DNA from: Candidatus Latescibacterota bacterium
Lineage (GTDB): Bacteria; Latescibacterota; UBA2968; UBA8231
Direction of reading: 5' to 3'
Length of the DNA stretch: 64,000 nt
Assembly (NCBI GenBank): GCA_965200315.1
Contig: OZ241362.1
Location: 3,872,001 to 3,936,000 of the forward strand
A program made the translations under genes and the position numbers. The notes under the pieces were generated by a model, which saw only the letters and a program-made list of their open reading frames with translations, searched no databases and had not been told where the DNA came from. This document shows positions 19,332 through 30,713 of this stretch, piece after piece. Numbering within the stretch: the first letter of the stretch is position 1; each line of letters starts with the position of its first letter.

Positions 19332-22300
19332 GTGAACACGACCATTGACCGCCCCAATAGAGACGCGCTCAACAAGGCGTTGGACATCTACCGCGACGCC
19401 ATGCGGCCCTTCATCATCCGCACCCTAAAGAGAGTTCGGGGCCAGCAGGTCGAAGATGCGATACGCCGCATCCTAAACGACCGACAGGCCGAGCAGTTCA
19501 GCCAGAATCTGAATAAGAATGGGCACAATGCAGAAGCCTCAATAGATATTGGCGACTTTCCCCACCTGATCAATAGAAAATGGAAAGAGGTCTTCCAACA
19601 GCCGTTCAGAGACGAGAGGGGCGTCCAAAGTGCGCTATGGCTGATAAAGGAAGCACGAGATAAAGCGGCTCATCCTAGCCCACAGGACATCGATACAGAG
19701 TTCGCTAGAACCCACCTGTTTCACATCGCCGATGTGCTCGGCAAAATCAATGCGCCGGAGCAGAAGCAGGCCGTGGAAGCGATTCGGGATCAACTCGCCA
19801 GCCCTACTAGCCAACCCGATACCCCCTCACCAGCACCTGCCAAGAGCCAACCCAAAACGCCGTCATCCCGTCTCGCCCCTTGGCGGACGGTCATCCGTCC
19901 CAACCCTGATGTAGCCCTAGGCAACTTCCAAGAGGCCGAGTTTGCCGCTGACCTTCAACAGGTCCACGACGGACGCGCCGACGCGACTCAATACTGCAAT
20001 CCGGTCAGCTTCTTCAATCATACGTACATCACTCCGGGCATCCGCACTCTGCTAGTGAACACGTTGAAGCGGCTCAGTGGCAACGGGGGCGATCCGGTTA
20101 TCCAGACCAAAACGGGCTTTGGCGGCGGCAAGACGCACAGCCTCATCGCGCTCTATCACCTAGTGAATAGCACCGACGCCTTGACCAATCCGAGCGGAAA
20201 TAGCCAATCCGAGCAAACCCACAACGAGATACACAACATTATAGAAGAGGCCGGGCTGGAGCCAAGCACTGGCGTTCAGGCCCACATCTCCGTGCTCGAC
20301 GGCACGTTTCTTTCGCCCACCGATGCAGCCAAAACCCCAAACGGCGATCCGCTTAATACCCTGTGGGGCGTGATGGCGTACCAACTCGGTCGCCAAGACG
20401 CCTACGACCTAGTCGGCCAAGCAGCGCGGCAAGGGACCGCGCCCGGCGGCGCTCAGCTCGACCAGCTATTCGCACACGTCGGGCCGTGCGTCATCCTCAT
20501 CGACGAGCTTGTGGCATATATCCGCAACGCCGGAAGCGCACAGGATAGCATCTTAACTTTCGTTCAGGCCCTCACCCAAGCAGTCCGTAGAAACAGCAAC
20601 ACGGCTCTTGTAGTAACCCTGCCCGAAAGCAATGTCGAGGCGGGAAGCGAGGCCGGTATGGCGGCCCTCAATCGGCTTGAGCACCTGTTGGGGCGTATTG
20701 AGGCTGTGTGGGAACCCCTTGAGACTAACGAAGCATTTGAGGTGGTGCGCCGCAGATTGTTCGGGAATGACATCGACGAGGCCGCCAGGGATCGCACCTG
20801 TGAAGCCTTCGCCGCTATGTACAGTAGGGCAAGAAACGAGTACCCCCGCGAGGTCGGCGAGCAGCACTACCTCGAGCGGCTGCGAGCCTGCTACCCCATC
20901 CACCCAGAGATTTTCGACCGCCTCTATTTGGATTGGTCTTCTATTACCCAGTTCCAGCGCACGCGCGGGGTCCTGCGGATGATGGCCAACTGCGTCAGCC
21001 GTCTGTTTTTGGACAATGATCCTTCCCCGCTGATCATGCCAGCCAATCTGACCTTGAGCGATACGGCATTGGCCAACGAGTTTGTCCGGCTGCTTGGTAG
21101 CCAATGGGGCCCCGTCCTGTCAGAAATAGATAGCAACAACTCCAAGACCGACAACATCGACCGCACATCCCAGCGATTCGGCGAGGTCGGCGGGGCCGCC
21201 CGGCGCATAGCGCGCACAATTTTCCTCGGCAGCTCTGGCAGCGGGGCCGTCAAAGGCATTGATGACCGTCAGATCCGCCTCGGGGTGGTCCAGCCTAAAC
21301 ACGGCGTCTCGGTGTACAATGATGCTCTCAGCAAAATTAGCGGCGGTCTCTACTACCTTTATAGTAGTGAGGGGCGGTACTACTTTCACGCTGAAGAAAA
21401 CCTCAACAAGGTCGCCACCGATCGCGCCGCGGCCCTGAGCGGAAGAGCCATTAACGATCACATAGTCGCGCAGTTGCAAGAGGCAGTCGGACGACGATCA
21501 GACGTTATTGTCTGCCCAGCTAACTCCGGGGATGTACCCGACGCGGATGCAGTACGCCTCGTACTTTTGCTCCCTGATATGTCCCTGCCGAGTCGAGCCA
21601 GCGAGAAAGACGACGCCGAGCTAGAAGTGCAGCAGATACTACAGTACTGCGGTGACAACCCCCGAGTTCGCCGGAATACCTTGCTCTTTCTAGCGGCGAG
21701 AAAAGACGAGGTTCGCGATCTGAACAACAGGGTTAAGACGTTCCTCGCGTGGCATTCCATCGTCAACGGTGAGCGCCGAATCGAAAACCTCTCAGGCGAC
21801 CGTCTTAAACAGGCTCAGAGCAGTCTCTCGACGGTAGAAACAGAAGTGCGATCTGCCTTAGTCAGAGCCTATCGCTGGGCCATCGCCCCGGTCCAAGACG
21901 ACCCCCAGCAGGCTGAATACCGCTTGGTTGTCTCTCAAATTGACGCCACAGATGGTGAGATCATCAACAATGCCTTCGACAAGTTCATTGGAGACGAGGC
22001 TCTCGTAGAGAACATAAGCCCTTCGGCACTAGCTACCATGTTGAAGCAGTACGTATGGAACAATCCCAACCATCGAGACCACATTAGCATAGATATCTTG
22101 TGGGATATAATGACCCGCTATATGTACATGCACCGTCTGCGGAGCAGAAAGGTCCTCCAACATTGTATCGACCAAGGTGTGCCCGACGGGGCTTTCGGCT
22201 ACGCCGAGTCCTACGCTGACGATCAGTACAAGGGGATGCGCTTCCGCGAGCCGATAAACGGCTCGGCATCTACTGCGAGCGAGCGCAGCACCACGCTTTT

Positions 22301-22691
22301 GGTCAATCCCGAGATGGCAGCACTTGTAAAGGAGGAAGGAGCAACGCCAGAGAGGCAGTCAGCGCAAGGGCTACCGCCGGATGATATGCCTACCGAGCAA
22401 TCGTCCGCAGCCGCAGACGAGTCAGCACCGCATAGCCCCACACGCATCGTCGCCAGCAAGATAGCCGCAGACGACGTGTCGCTGGACGACTTCAACCTGT
22501 TGCGCGAGGAAATTATCCGCACCTTGCGCGACGGTGGCGGCACAGTGACCGTTACCATCACCATCGCGGCGGACAACACCGATAGCTTTTCCGCAAGCAC
22601 GGTCCGCGCCGTGTGCGAAAACGGCCATCAGTTGGGCGTCAGCGTTCAAACGGGGGATCAAGCAGTTGCTGCACACCACCATACCACCTAG
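19332..22691 (+). CDS. DUF499 family ATPase with N-terminal Swt1-like HEPN domain
   Basis: HEPN RxxxxH (RDKAAH); PWRTVIRP..DV, EFAADL, Walker A GFGGGKTHS, Walker B ILIDE, YPIHPE, FQRTRGVLR; GGAG RBS before GTG 19332. Confidence 0.88.
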   Translation: MNTTIDRPNRDALNKALDIYRDAMRPFIIRTLKRVRGQQVEDAIRRILNDRQAEQFSQNLNKNGHNAEASIDIGDFPHLINRKWKEVFQQPFRDERGVQSALWLIKEARDKAAHPSPQDIDTEFARTHLFHIADVLGKINAPEQKQAVEAIRDQLASPTSQPDTPSPAPAKSQPKTPSSRLAPWRTVIRPNPDVALGNFQEAEFAADLQQVHDGRADATQYCNPVSFFNHTYITPGIRTLLVNTLKRLSGNGGDPVIQTKTGFGGGKTHSLIALYHLVNSTDALTNPSGNSQSEQTHNEIHNIIEEAGLEPSTGVQAHISVLDGTFLSPTDAAKTPNGDPLNTLWGVMAYQLGRQDAYDLVGQAARQGTAPGGAQLDQLFAHVGPCVILIDELVAYIRNAGSAQDSILTFVQALTQAVRRNSNTALVVTLPESNVEAGSEAGMAALNRLEHLLGRIEAVWEPLETNEAFEVVRRRLFGNDIDEAARDRTCEAFAAMYSRARNEYPREVGEQHYLERLRACYPIHPEIFDRLYLDWSSITQFQRTRGVLRMMANCVSRLFLDNDPSPLIMPANLTLSDTALANEFVRLLGSQWGPVLSEIDSNNSKTDNIDRTSQRFGEVGGAARRIARTIFLGSSGSGAVKGIDDRQIRLGVVQPKHGVSVYNDALSKISGGLYYLYSSEGRYYFHAEENLNKVATDRAAALSGRAINDHIVAQLQEAVGRRSDVIVCPANSGDVPDADAVRLVLLLPDMSLPSRASEKDDAELEVQQILQYCGDNPRVRRNTLLFLAARKDEVRDLNNRVKTFLAWHSIVNGERRIENLSGDRLKQAQSSLSTVETEVRSALVRAYRWAIAPVQDDPQQAEYRLVVSQIDATDGEIINNAFDKFIGDEALVENISPSALATMLKQYVWNNPNHRDHISIDILWDIMTRYMYMHRLRSRKVLQHCIDQGVPDGAFGYAESYADDQYKGMRFREPINGSASTASERSTTLLVNPEMAALVKEEGATPERQSAQGLPPDDMPTEQSSAAADESAPHSPTRIVASKIAADDVSLDDFNLLREEIIRTLRDGGGTVTVTITIAADNTDSFSASTVRAVCENGHQLGVSVQTGDQAVAAHHHTT

Positions 22692-22806
22692 GCACAGCTC
22701 AACGCACCAAGAGCGAACAAACTCGTTGGGGCGCAATGGGACGATATGAGATCTGGCAAGATCATTCCGCCGCAATCGCCGACTGCTGTAGAGGGCCCAA
22801 CCTGTC

Positions 22807-23709
22807 ATGGCCGATATTGACACCATTTCCAAGCGTCTGATCCAAGCCTACCCGGCTGACTTCGTCCGCTTCAGCCTCAAGCGAGACGATGTTGAATTCG
22901 TCGAAGTCCTCGACACCGAGCTGCCCACGGTCGAAGCCCGCCGCGCCGACAGCCTCATTCTGGTCCGCAGCCACGGCGAGAAGGTCTTAGTCCACACCGA
23001 GTTTCAGACCACCGACCACACCAACCCACCTATGCCCCGCCGCATGGCCGGCTACATCGGCCGGATTATTGAGCACTACGGTCTGCCGGTATGGGCCCAC
23101 GTTATCTACCTGCGTCCCGAGGCTGGTCGGCGCGACCCGGGGCACTACATACAGGAGCACACTAGCTACCAAGTGACCGTGCGCTACCAAGTGATTCGGC
23201 TCGTTGAGTTGGAAGGCCAAAGCGTCTTCGCCGCGTCGGCGTGGGGTCTGCTTCCGTTTGCGCCGCTGATGCAGCCGCCGGCCGGGCTGACGGCGGAGGC
23301 GTGGTTGCAGCAGTGCGTTCAAGCAGCCCACGCACTGCCGATGGGCCGGTCCGACAAAGCCGACTTTCTCGCGGGTCTGACGCTTTTAGGCGGACTGGCG
23401 TACGAACCGCAGACCATTAGAACTATCATTTCCAAGGAGAACCTCATGGACCTCATCCGCGAATCTTCCTTTGCCCAATATCTCACTCAACAGGGCATCG
23501 AACAGGGCATCGAACAGGGCGAAAGAAAGCGGGCTGTCAAAGACATTCTCGACGTGTTGGTCCTTCGATTCCAGCCAGCCGCCGCAGAGACCGCGGCCAA
23601 CCGTTTAGTCGCCATCGACGATTTGCAGCAGCTCGAGCAGTTGCTATCCGCCGCCATACAAGCGAACAGCATAGACGAATTCTGCGAGCGGTTAGAAGCC
23701 TGCGGATAA
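22807..23709 (+). CDS. Rpn/YhgA-like PD-(D/E)XK nuclease family protein
   Basis: D.ISKRL, RADSL..V....VHTEFQT, MPRRMAGY, LLPFAPL; C-terminal (EQGI)n and helical tail. Confidence 0.78.
   Translation: MADIDTISKRLIQAYPADFVRFSLKRDDVEFVEVLDTELPTVEARRADSLILVRSHGEKVLVHTEFQTTDHTNPPMPRRMAGYIGRIIEHYGLPVWAHVIYLRPEAGRRDPGHYIQEHTSYQVTVRYQVIRLVELEGQSVFAASAWGLLPFAPLMQPPAGLTAEAWLQQCVQAAHALPMGRSDKADFLAGLTLLGGLAYEPQTIRTIISKENLMDLIRESSFAQYLTQQGIEQGIEQGERKRAVKDILDVLVLRFQPAAAETAANRLVAIDDLQQLEQLLSAAIQANSIDEFCERLEACG
23489..23520 (+). repeat. 12-bp tandem repeat (AACAGGGCATCG, about 2.7 units)
   Basis: Encodes QQGIEQGIEQG. Confidence 0.9.
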
Positions 23710-23754
23710 AAGGCTTTCTTCGCGTCTTCGCCCCCTTGCTCAAACAAAAAGGCC

Positions 23755-26565
23755 ATGAACTACCGCCGCAAACTCATCGAGATTGACCTGCCGCTCGACG
23801 CCATCAACGCCGAGTCGGCCCGCGAGAAGTCCATTCGGCACGGCCATCCTTCGACTTTGCACTTGTGGTGGGCGCGGCGTCCGTTGGCGGCTTGCCGTGC
23901 CGTTATTTTTGCCAGCATGGTGGACGACCCGGCCGATTGCCCCGAGTTCGCCACTGATGCGGAGAAACGCGCCGAGCGCGGGCGGCTCCACGACATCATT
24001 CGGCGACTTGTCCGATGGGAGAACACGGACGAAAGTAAAACCGCAGGCAGGGAACTCTGGGCGGAAGCGCGATACGAAATTGCTCGCTCCGTGGCGCGTA
24101 CACGCGGCGAAACCGCGCCCACCGATCCGGCGGAAGTGCTGCGCTATCTCAACGACAATGTCCGACCAATCTACGACCCCTTCGCTGGCGGCGGCTCCAT
24201 ACCCCTAGAAGCGCAACGGCTTGGGCTGCGGGCGGTCGCCTCTGACCTTAACCCGGTCGCCGTGCTCATCAACAAGGCCCTTCTCGAATTGCCGCCCAAA
24301 TTCAAGGGCCGCCCGCCCGTCAACCCCGATGCGGACCCCATGGCAATGACCGTCGGTAAGGGCAAGCAGCAACAGCGTCTCCCTTGGCGCGGCGCAGCGG
24401 GACTAGCCGACGACATCCGCTACTACGGGCGTTGGCTGCGCGAGGCGGCGTTTGAGCGGATCGGCCATCTTTATCCGCAGGTGAAACTGCCCGATGGTAG
24501 CGACGCTACCGTAATTGCGTGGCTTTGGGCGCGAACCGTTCCCTGTCCGAATCCGGCGTGTGGCATCGCCATGCCGCTAATGGCCACGTTCCAACTGTCA
24601 AAAAAGAAAGGCAACGAACACTGGATCAAACCCGTCATTGACCGCGAAAAAAGCAGCATCTCTTTTGTGGTACAGAACCACACTGACGGTGTCCCCGAAA
24701 GCGGCACAGTAAACAGAAACGGCGCGACCTGTCTCGGCTGCGGCAACACGGTAAAACTGCCCTACGTGCGTGAGCAAGGACGAGCAGGTAACATAGGCGA
24801 GCAAATGACGGCGATTGTCGCCGAGGGAAACCGCAAGCGGCTGTTCCTGTCGCCTACCGACGAACATATCCAAGCCGCTCAGGAAGCTACCCCCGCTTGG
24901 CGGCCTAGCGGAAGTCTGCCTGAGCGGGCATTGAGCATTCGTGCACAGATTTACGGGTTCACGGAATGGTACAAACTTTTCACTGAACGTCAGCTAACCG
25001 CGCTGACCACGTTCAGCGATTTGCTGCCAGAAGTTCGTAGATTGATTCTGGAACACGGAGCGTCTGTGGAATATGCCGATGCGATTTGCACGTATCTTGG
25101 ACTTGCTGTTGGCAGGACTGCCGCAAGTGGTTGCAGCTTTGCTAGATGGGGTAGTTCCCGTGATATTGTCGCCGGGGTTTTCGGAAGACAAGGAATTGGG
25201 ATGATTTGGGATTTCGCCGAAGCTAATATCTTCTCTACTTCAACACAGAACTGGCTGGGCCAGATTGAATGGGTCGCTGAGGCTGTCGAACATCTGCCCT
25301 CCGACGTAAACGGTGGCGAGGCGCATCAGGCCGACGCATCCACCACCATTCACGCGCATAACGGCCCGGTCATCGTCACCGATCCACCCTATTACGACAA
25401 CATACACTATGCTGATTCATCAGACTTTTTCTATGTCTGGCTGCGCCCCTTGCTCCGAGACACCTACCCCGACTTGTTTGCTGGCATACTGACCCCCAAG
25501 AACGAGGAAATGGTTGCCAACCGATTCCGTTTTGAAAATTACAGTCAACAATTTGAGGACCAGCTAAGCAAGACGCTGCGGTTGATACGGGAACGCTGCT
25601 CGGCTGAGTTCCCATCGTCCATTTTCTACGCCTACAAGCAACAGGAGGAAGAGCGTACAGGCAGAGCCTCCACCGGCTGGGAAACCATGTTGAGCGCCAT
25701 CGTCTCGACAGGCTTTCAGATAGTCGGTACTTGGCCGACGCGTACCGAATTAGGCAATCGCCCAAATTCAATGGGTACAAACGCCCTCGCCACCTCCGTC
25801 GTCCTCGTCTGCCGTCCGCGCCCCAAGGATGCGCCCGTTGCCACGCGCCGCCAATTTATCGACGCACTCAATCGAGAACTGCCCGCGGCCCTCAATCAAC
25901 TCACCCGCGAAGGCCACATTGCCCCAACCGATTTAGCGCAAGCTGCCATCGGGCCGGGAATGCAGATTTACTCCCGCTACAGCCGCGTGGAGACCATAAG
26001 CGGCGAGCCGGTGCCGGTACGCGAGGCCTTGGCGGCCATCAACCGCGCCATTGCCGATTACGACGAGCAACAAGAGGGCGATCTGGATTCCGAGAGCCGC
26101 TTCTGCCTCGATTGGCTCAAACAGCACGGCTATTCGGAGGGTGCCTACGGCGACGCCGAGACCTTGTCCCGCGCCAAGAACGTCGCCATCGGCAAGCTAG
26201 CTGACTTCGACCGCCTGCTCACCGCTGAAAGCGGACGTGTAAGACTGCTGCCTCTTGATGAGTTTGGCGACAGTCGCCCCTCAACCCTCGACGGCATGAC
26301 CGCGTGGGAAGGCTGCTTCCGCATGGCGTACCACCTCAACCACGAGCATGGCGGCGGCATCGAAGGCGCGGCGTATGTCGCTCAGGCAATGGGCGGCAAC
26401 GTCGAATCCGTCGAGCGGCTAGCGCGCATTCTCTACAACCACTATGACCGCAAAGCCGATTCACCAAACGCGGCCGTCTTCAACAAGCTCGTCTCCGCGT
26501 GGCAAGACATCCTTTCTGCCCTCTCAAGGACGAAAGAAGATGAACAGGGTCAGCTGTTCCAATAA
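23755..26565 (+). CDS. DUF1156 adenine-specific DNA methyltransferase
   Basis: REKSIRHGHPSTLHLWWARRPLA, motif I DPFAGGGSIPLEA, Zn-ribbon CPNPAC/CLGC, catalytic TDPPYYD. Confidence 0.92.
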   Translation: MNYRRKLIEIDLPLDAINAESAREKSIRHGHPSTLHLWWARRPLAACRAVIFASMVDDPADCPEFATDAEKRAERGRLHDIIRRLVRWENTDESKTAGRELWAEARYEIARSVARTRGETAPTDPAEVLRYLNDNVRPIYDPFAGGGSIPLEAQRLGLRAVASDLNPVAVLINKALLELPPKFKGRPPVNPDADPMAMTVGKGKQQQRLPWRGAAGLADDIRYYGRWLREAAFERIGHLYPQVKLPDGSDATVIAWLWARTVPCPNPACGIAMPLMATFQLSKKKGNEHWIKPVIDREKSSISFVVQNHTDGVPESGTVNRNGATCLGCGNTVKLPYVREQGRAGNIGEQMTAIVAEGNRKRLFLSPTDEHIQAAQEATPAWRPSGSLPERALSIRAQIYGFTEWYKLFTERQLTALTTFSDLLPEVRRLILEHGASVEYADAICTYLGLAVGRTAASGCSFARWGSSRDIVAGVFGRQGIGMIWDFAEANIFSTSTQNWLGQIEWVAEAVEHLPSDVNGGEAHQADASTTIHAHNGPVIVTDPPYYDNIHYADSSDFFYVWLRPLLRDTYPDLFAGILTPKNEEMVANRFRFENYSQQFEDQLSKTLRLIRERCSAEFPSSIFYAYKQQEEERTGRASTGWETMLSAIVSTGFQIVGTWPTRTELGNRPNSMGTNALATSVVLVCRPRPKDAPVATRRQFIDALNRELPAALNQLTREGHIAPTDLAQAAIGPGMQIYSRYSRVETISGEPVPVREALAAINRAIADYDEQQEGDLDSESRFCLDWLKQHGYSEGAYGDAETLSRAKNVAIGKLADFDRLLTAESGRVRLLPLDEFGDSRPSTLDGMTAWEGCFRMAYHLNHEHGGGIEGAAYVAQAMGGNVESVERLARILYNHYDRKADSPNAAVFNKLVSAWQDILSALSRTKEDEQGQLFQ

Positions 26566-26911
26566 TTTGTTCGCCAAAAAGTATCAACTAGAACGTACCT
26601 TGCGCCCATTCAATCGGGAGGAGGTACAAAGGCTGCCCAAGGGCCGCTGTGGCCTATATGCCCTGTGGCTGCCCACAGCCGATGCCCCCGACAGACTCTA
26701 CATCGGTATGTCCAAAACCTGCGTCCGCCGCCGCCTGCTCGAACATCTCGCCAACGAAGCTAATCCCGCACTTTGCCGCCAACTTAGCCTGTTCGCCGAC
26801 CTAGTAGCGTTTTCGGTAACATTCACCGAAAATGAGCGAGAAACCCGCGAGTTAGAGGCCGCCCTCATCCGAGCTTGGCAACCTGAAACCAACCGCAAGC
26901 TGCTGTCATAA
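26540..26911 (+). CDS. Small GIY-YIG nuclease-family protein
   Basis: GLYALW...LYIGMS...RRRLLEH...LEAALI...PETN; overlaps the methylase 3' end. Confidence 0.75.
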   Translation: MNRVSCSNNLFAKKYQLERTLRPFNREEVQRLPKGRCGLYALWLPTADAPDRLYIGMSKTCVRRRLLEHLANEANPALCRQLSLFADLVAFSVTFTENERETRELEAALIRAWQPETNRKLLS

Positions 26912-26941
26912 CTCCCTTACAACCCCAACCGAAAGCACACC

Positions 26942-27687
<746 letters not shown>

Positions 27688-27691
<4 letters not shown>

Positions 27692-28962
27692 ACGGCGTTG
27701 CCCATTACCAGTCCTGCTTTAACGACCTCGCCGACACGGGCGCGTTGCTGTCGCGGCGGCAAAAGGCCATTGAGCACTTTGCCGCCGCTGGATTTCCCAC
27801 GACCAAAGACGAGGAATGGGCTTTTACCAACATCGGCCCGCTGACTCGGATCAAATTCAAACTAGCCGCGTCCGCGCTCGCACCGGTCGCTTTCGACGAC
27901 TACCGCTACGGGCTCGAAGGGCTGGTCTTTGTTGATGGCCACTTTGCCGCCGCCCCCGAACTCAACGGCCTGCCCGCTGGGGTGCGCGTCGAGAGCTTGA
28001 GCGAAAACGGCGTAGTCGCGGACTTCTTGGGCCGAGCCGCCACCACCGAGGACGCGGCCTTCACCGCGCTCAATACCGCCTTTTTGCAAGACGGTGCGGT
28101 CGTCTATCTGCCTCGGGGTGCGGTCGTCGAGCAGCCCATTCACTTGCTGTTTGTCTCCACTGGCCAACGCGCCAACGTCGTCTCCCATCCGCGCGTCCTC
28201 GTAGTCGCCGAAGCCAACGCCCAAGCGACGATAATAGAAAGCTACGTCGGCTTGGATTCGGAACCGTATCTGACCAACAGCGTCAGCGAATTCTTCGTCG
28301 GCCCCAATGCCGCGCTCGATCACTACCGAATCCAGCGCGAGTCCGCCGCCGCCTTTCACATCGCAGCGACCCACGTCCGCGAGGAACGCGCCGCCCAATT
28401 CCGCTCGACCGCCATCACCTTGGGCGGACGCCTGACCCGTCACCACATCCACACCGCGCTAGAAGGCGAAGGCGTCGACTCCACGCTCAACGGCCTCTAC
28501 ATCGAAGACGGAGCGCAACACGTCGATAACCACACGCTCATCGAACACGCCCAGCCGCACTGCCAGAGCCACGAGTTCTACAAGGGCATCCTCGGCGGCC
28601 GAGCCACCGGCGTCTTCCGCGGCAAAATCCACGTTCACCAAGCCGCGCAAAAAACCGACGCCTATCAGGCCAACCAAAACCTCCTGCTGTCGGAAACGGC
28701 CCAAATCAACACCAAGCCCCAGCTCGAAATCTACGCCGACGACGTCAAGTGTTCGCACGGAGCCACCATCGGCCAACTCGACGAAGACGCGCTCTTTTAC
28801 CTGCGCTCCCGCGGCATCGGCCACCAAGAAGCTGTCCGGGTGCTGACGCGGGCCTTTGCCGGCGAAGTCCTCGACCGCGTACGCGTCCCGGTCCTCAAAA
28901 ACCAACTCGACCAGCTAGTAAATCATCGGCTGGACCAAGCCGCCGCCGGAGTTGCCCGATGA
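27688..28962 (+). CDS. sufD: Fe-S cluster assembly protein SufD
   Basis: [48 protein letters not shown]; ATG overlaps the sufC stop. Confidence 0.95.
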
Positions 28963-30188
28963 CCGCTTCCTTTGACATCGACAAGATTCGTTGCGACTTC
29001 CCCGTACTCGACGAGAAAATCCGCGGCAAAGATCTCGTCTATTTCGACAACGGCGCAACCACCCAAAAGCCGCTGACGGTCCTCTACGCGCTCCAGCGCT
29101 ACTACGCCCGCGAAAACGCCAACATCCACCGCGGCGTCCACTTCCTCAGCCAACAGGCGACCTTTGCCTACGAGCGGGCGCGCGGCCGGGTCGGCCAGTT
29201 CATCAACGCCGGCGAGAGCAACGAAGTCGTCTTCGTGCGCGGCACCACCGAGGCGCTCAATCTCGTCGCCCACAGCTACGGCCGGCCGCAGCTCGGCCCG
29301 GACGACGAGATCATCGTCTCCCAGCTAGAGCACCATTCCAACATCGTACCGTGGCAAATGCTGTGCGAGGAAAAGGGGGCGCGCCTGCGGGTAGTGCCCA
29401 TCAGCGATACAGGCGAGTTCCGCTTCGACGAGTACGAGCGTCTGCTGTCCGAGCGCACCCGCATCGTGGCCGTCGCCCACGCTTCCAACGCCCTCGGCAC
29501 GATCCTGCCGGTGCAGGAAATCGCCGCCTTGGCCCATCAGCACGGCGCAGTTGTCGTCGTCGATGGGGCGCAAGGAGTGCCCCACTTGCCGGTGGACGTG
29601 CAGGAACTCGACTGCGACTTCTACGCCTTTTCCGGGCACAAGCTCTTCGGCCCCACCGGCATCGGCGTACTCTACGGCAAGCAGGCCCTTTTACACGCCA
29701 TGCCGCCATACCAAGGCGGCGGCTCCATGATCGAGAAGGTGAGCTTTGCCGGCACCACGTATGCTCCCCCGCCGATGCGCTTTGAGGCCGGCACGCCGCA
29801 CATCGCCGGCGTCATTGGCTTGGAGACCGCCATTGATTACGTCAACTCGGTGGGCCGCGAGCAAATCGCGGCGTACGAGGCCGACTTGCTCGCGTACGCA
29901 GACGCAGCCCTTGCCAGCATTCCGGGACTGCGCCTGATCGGCACGGCCCGCGAGCGCGTGGCCGTGATCTCCTTCGCGCTCGACGACATCCACCCGCACG
30001 ACATCGGCACCATTCTCGACGCCGAGGGCATTGCCGTGCGCGCTGGCCACCACTGCGCCCAGCCGACCATGCAGTTTTACCAAGTGCCCGCTACAGTGCG
30101 CGCCTCGTTGGCTTTTTACAACACGCACGCGGAAATCGACGCCCTAGTCGCGGCGTTACACAAGGTCAAGAAGGTGTTTGGGGCGTGA
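28959..30188 (+). CDS. sufS: Cysteine desulfurase SufS
   Basis: YFDNGATTQKP, EHHSNIVPW, FSGHKLFGPTG, RAGHHCAQP. Confidence 0.97.
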   Translation: MTASFDIDKIRCDFPVLDEKIRGKDLVYFDNGATTQKPLTVLYALQRYYARENANIHRGVHFLSQQATFAYERARGRVGQFINAGESNEVVFVRGTTEALNLVAHSYGRPQLGPDDEIIVSQLEHHSNIVPWQMLCEEKGARLRVVPISDTGEFRFDEYERLLSERTRIVAVAHASNALGTILPVQEIAALAHQHGAVVVVDGAQGVPHLPVDVQELDCDFYAFSGHKLFGPTGIGVLYGKQALLHAMPPYQGGGSMIEKVSFAGTTYAPPPMRFEAGTPHIAGVIGLETAIDYVNSVGREQIAAYEADLLAYADAALASIPGLRLIGTARERVAVISFALDDIHPHDIGTILDAEGIAVRAGHHCAQPTMQFYQVPATVRASLAFYNTHAEIDALVAALHKVKKVFGA

Positions 30189-30232
30189 GGAATAGATAGT
30201 GATTTACACAACATCCACAAGGTTTTTTAACC

Positions 30233-30685
30233 ATGACTGAGCTTCGCGAGCTGTACCAGCAGATCATCCTCGACCACAACAAAAATCCGCGCAACTTCGG
30301 CAAGCTGCCCGCGGCCAATCGCAGGCAAGAAGGCTACAATCCCCTGTGCGGCGATCACTTGCACATCTATCTCCATGTGGCCGACGAGCGCATTGCCGAC
30401 ATCAGCTTTGACGGGTCGGGTTGCGCCATTTCCAAAGCCTCGGCTTCCCTGATGACCGCCGCGCTCAAAGGCAAGCGTCCCGACGAGGCGGTCGAGCTGT
30501 TCGAGCAGTTCCAGCAGATGGTGACTGCGGAGCCGGACGCGCCCGTTGATCACCAAGCCTTGGGCAAGATGGCCGTCTTCGCTGGGGTGCGCGAATTCCC
30601 CATGCGCGTCAAGTGCGCGACCCTCGCTTGGCACGCCGCCAAAGCAGCCATAGAACAAGACCCGTCGCCTGCATCCACCGAATAG
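30233..30685 (+). CDS. sufU: SufU (SUF-system NifU-family protein)
   Basis: LYQQIILDH..NPRN, NPLCGD, GCAISKAS, RVKCATL. Confidence 0.95.
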   Translation: MTELRELYQQIILDHNKNPRNFGKLPAANRRQEGYNPLCGDHLHIYLHVADERIADISFDGSGCAISKASASLMTAALKGKRPDEAVELFEQFQQMVTAEPDAPVDHQALGKMAVFAGVREFPMRVKCATLAWHAAKAAIEQDPSPASTE

Positions 30686-30713
30686 CAAAGCACCATTTAA
30701 AAAGGAGTCCTCC

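Noticed and set aside
22692-22806. Spacer between DUF499 and Rpn containing MGRYEIWQDH..., a possible relic of a lost gene
   Set aside because: Too short to assign and no recognisable motif.
22807-23709. Rpn gene as an IS transposase
   Set aside because: No terminal inverted repeats or target duplication seen; the family is better explained as a nuclease/toxin.
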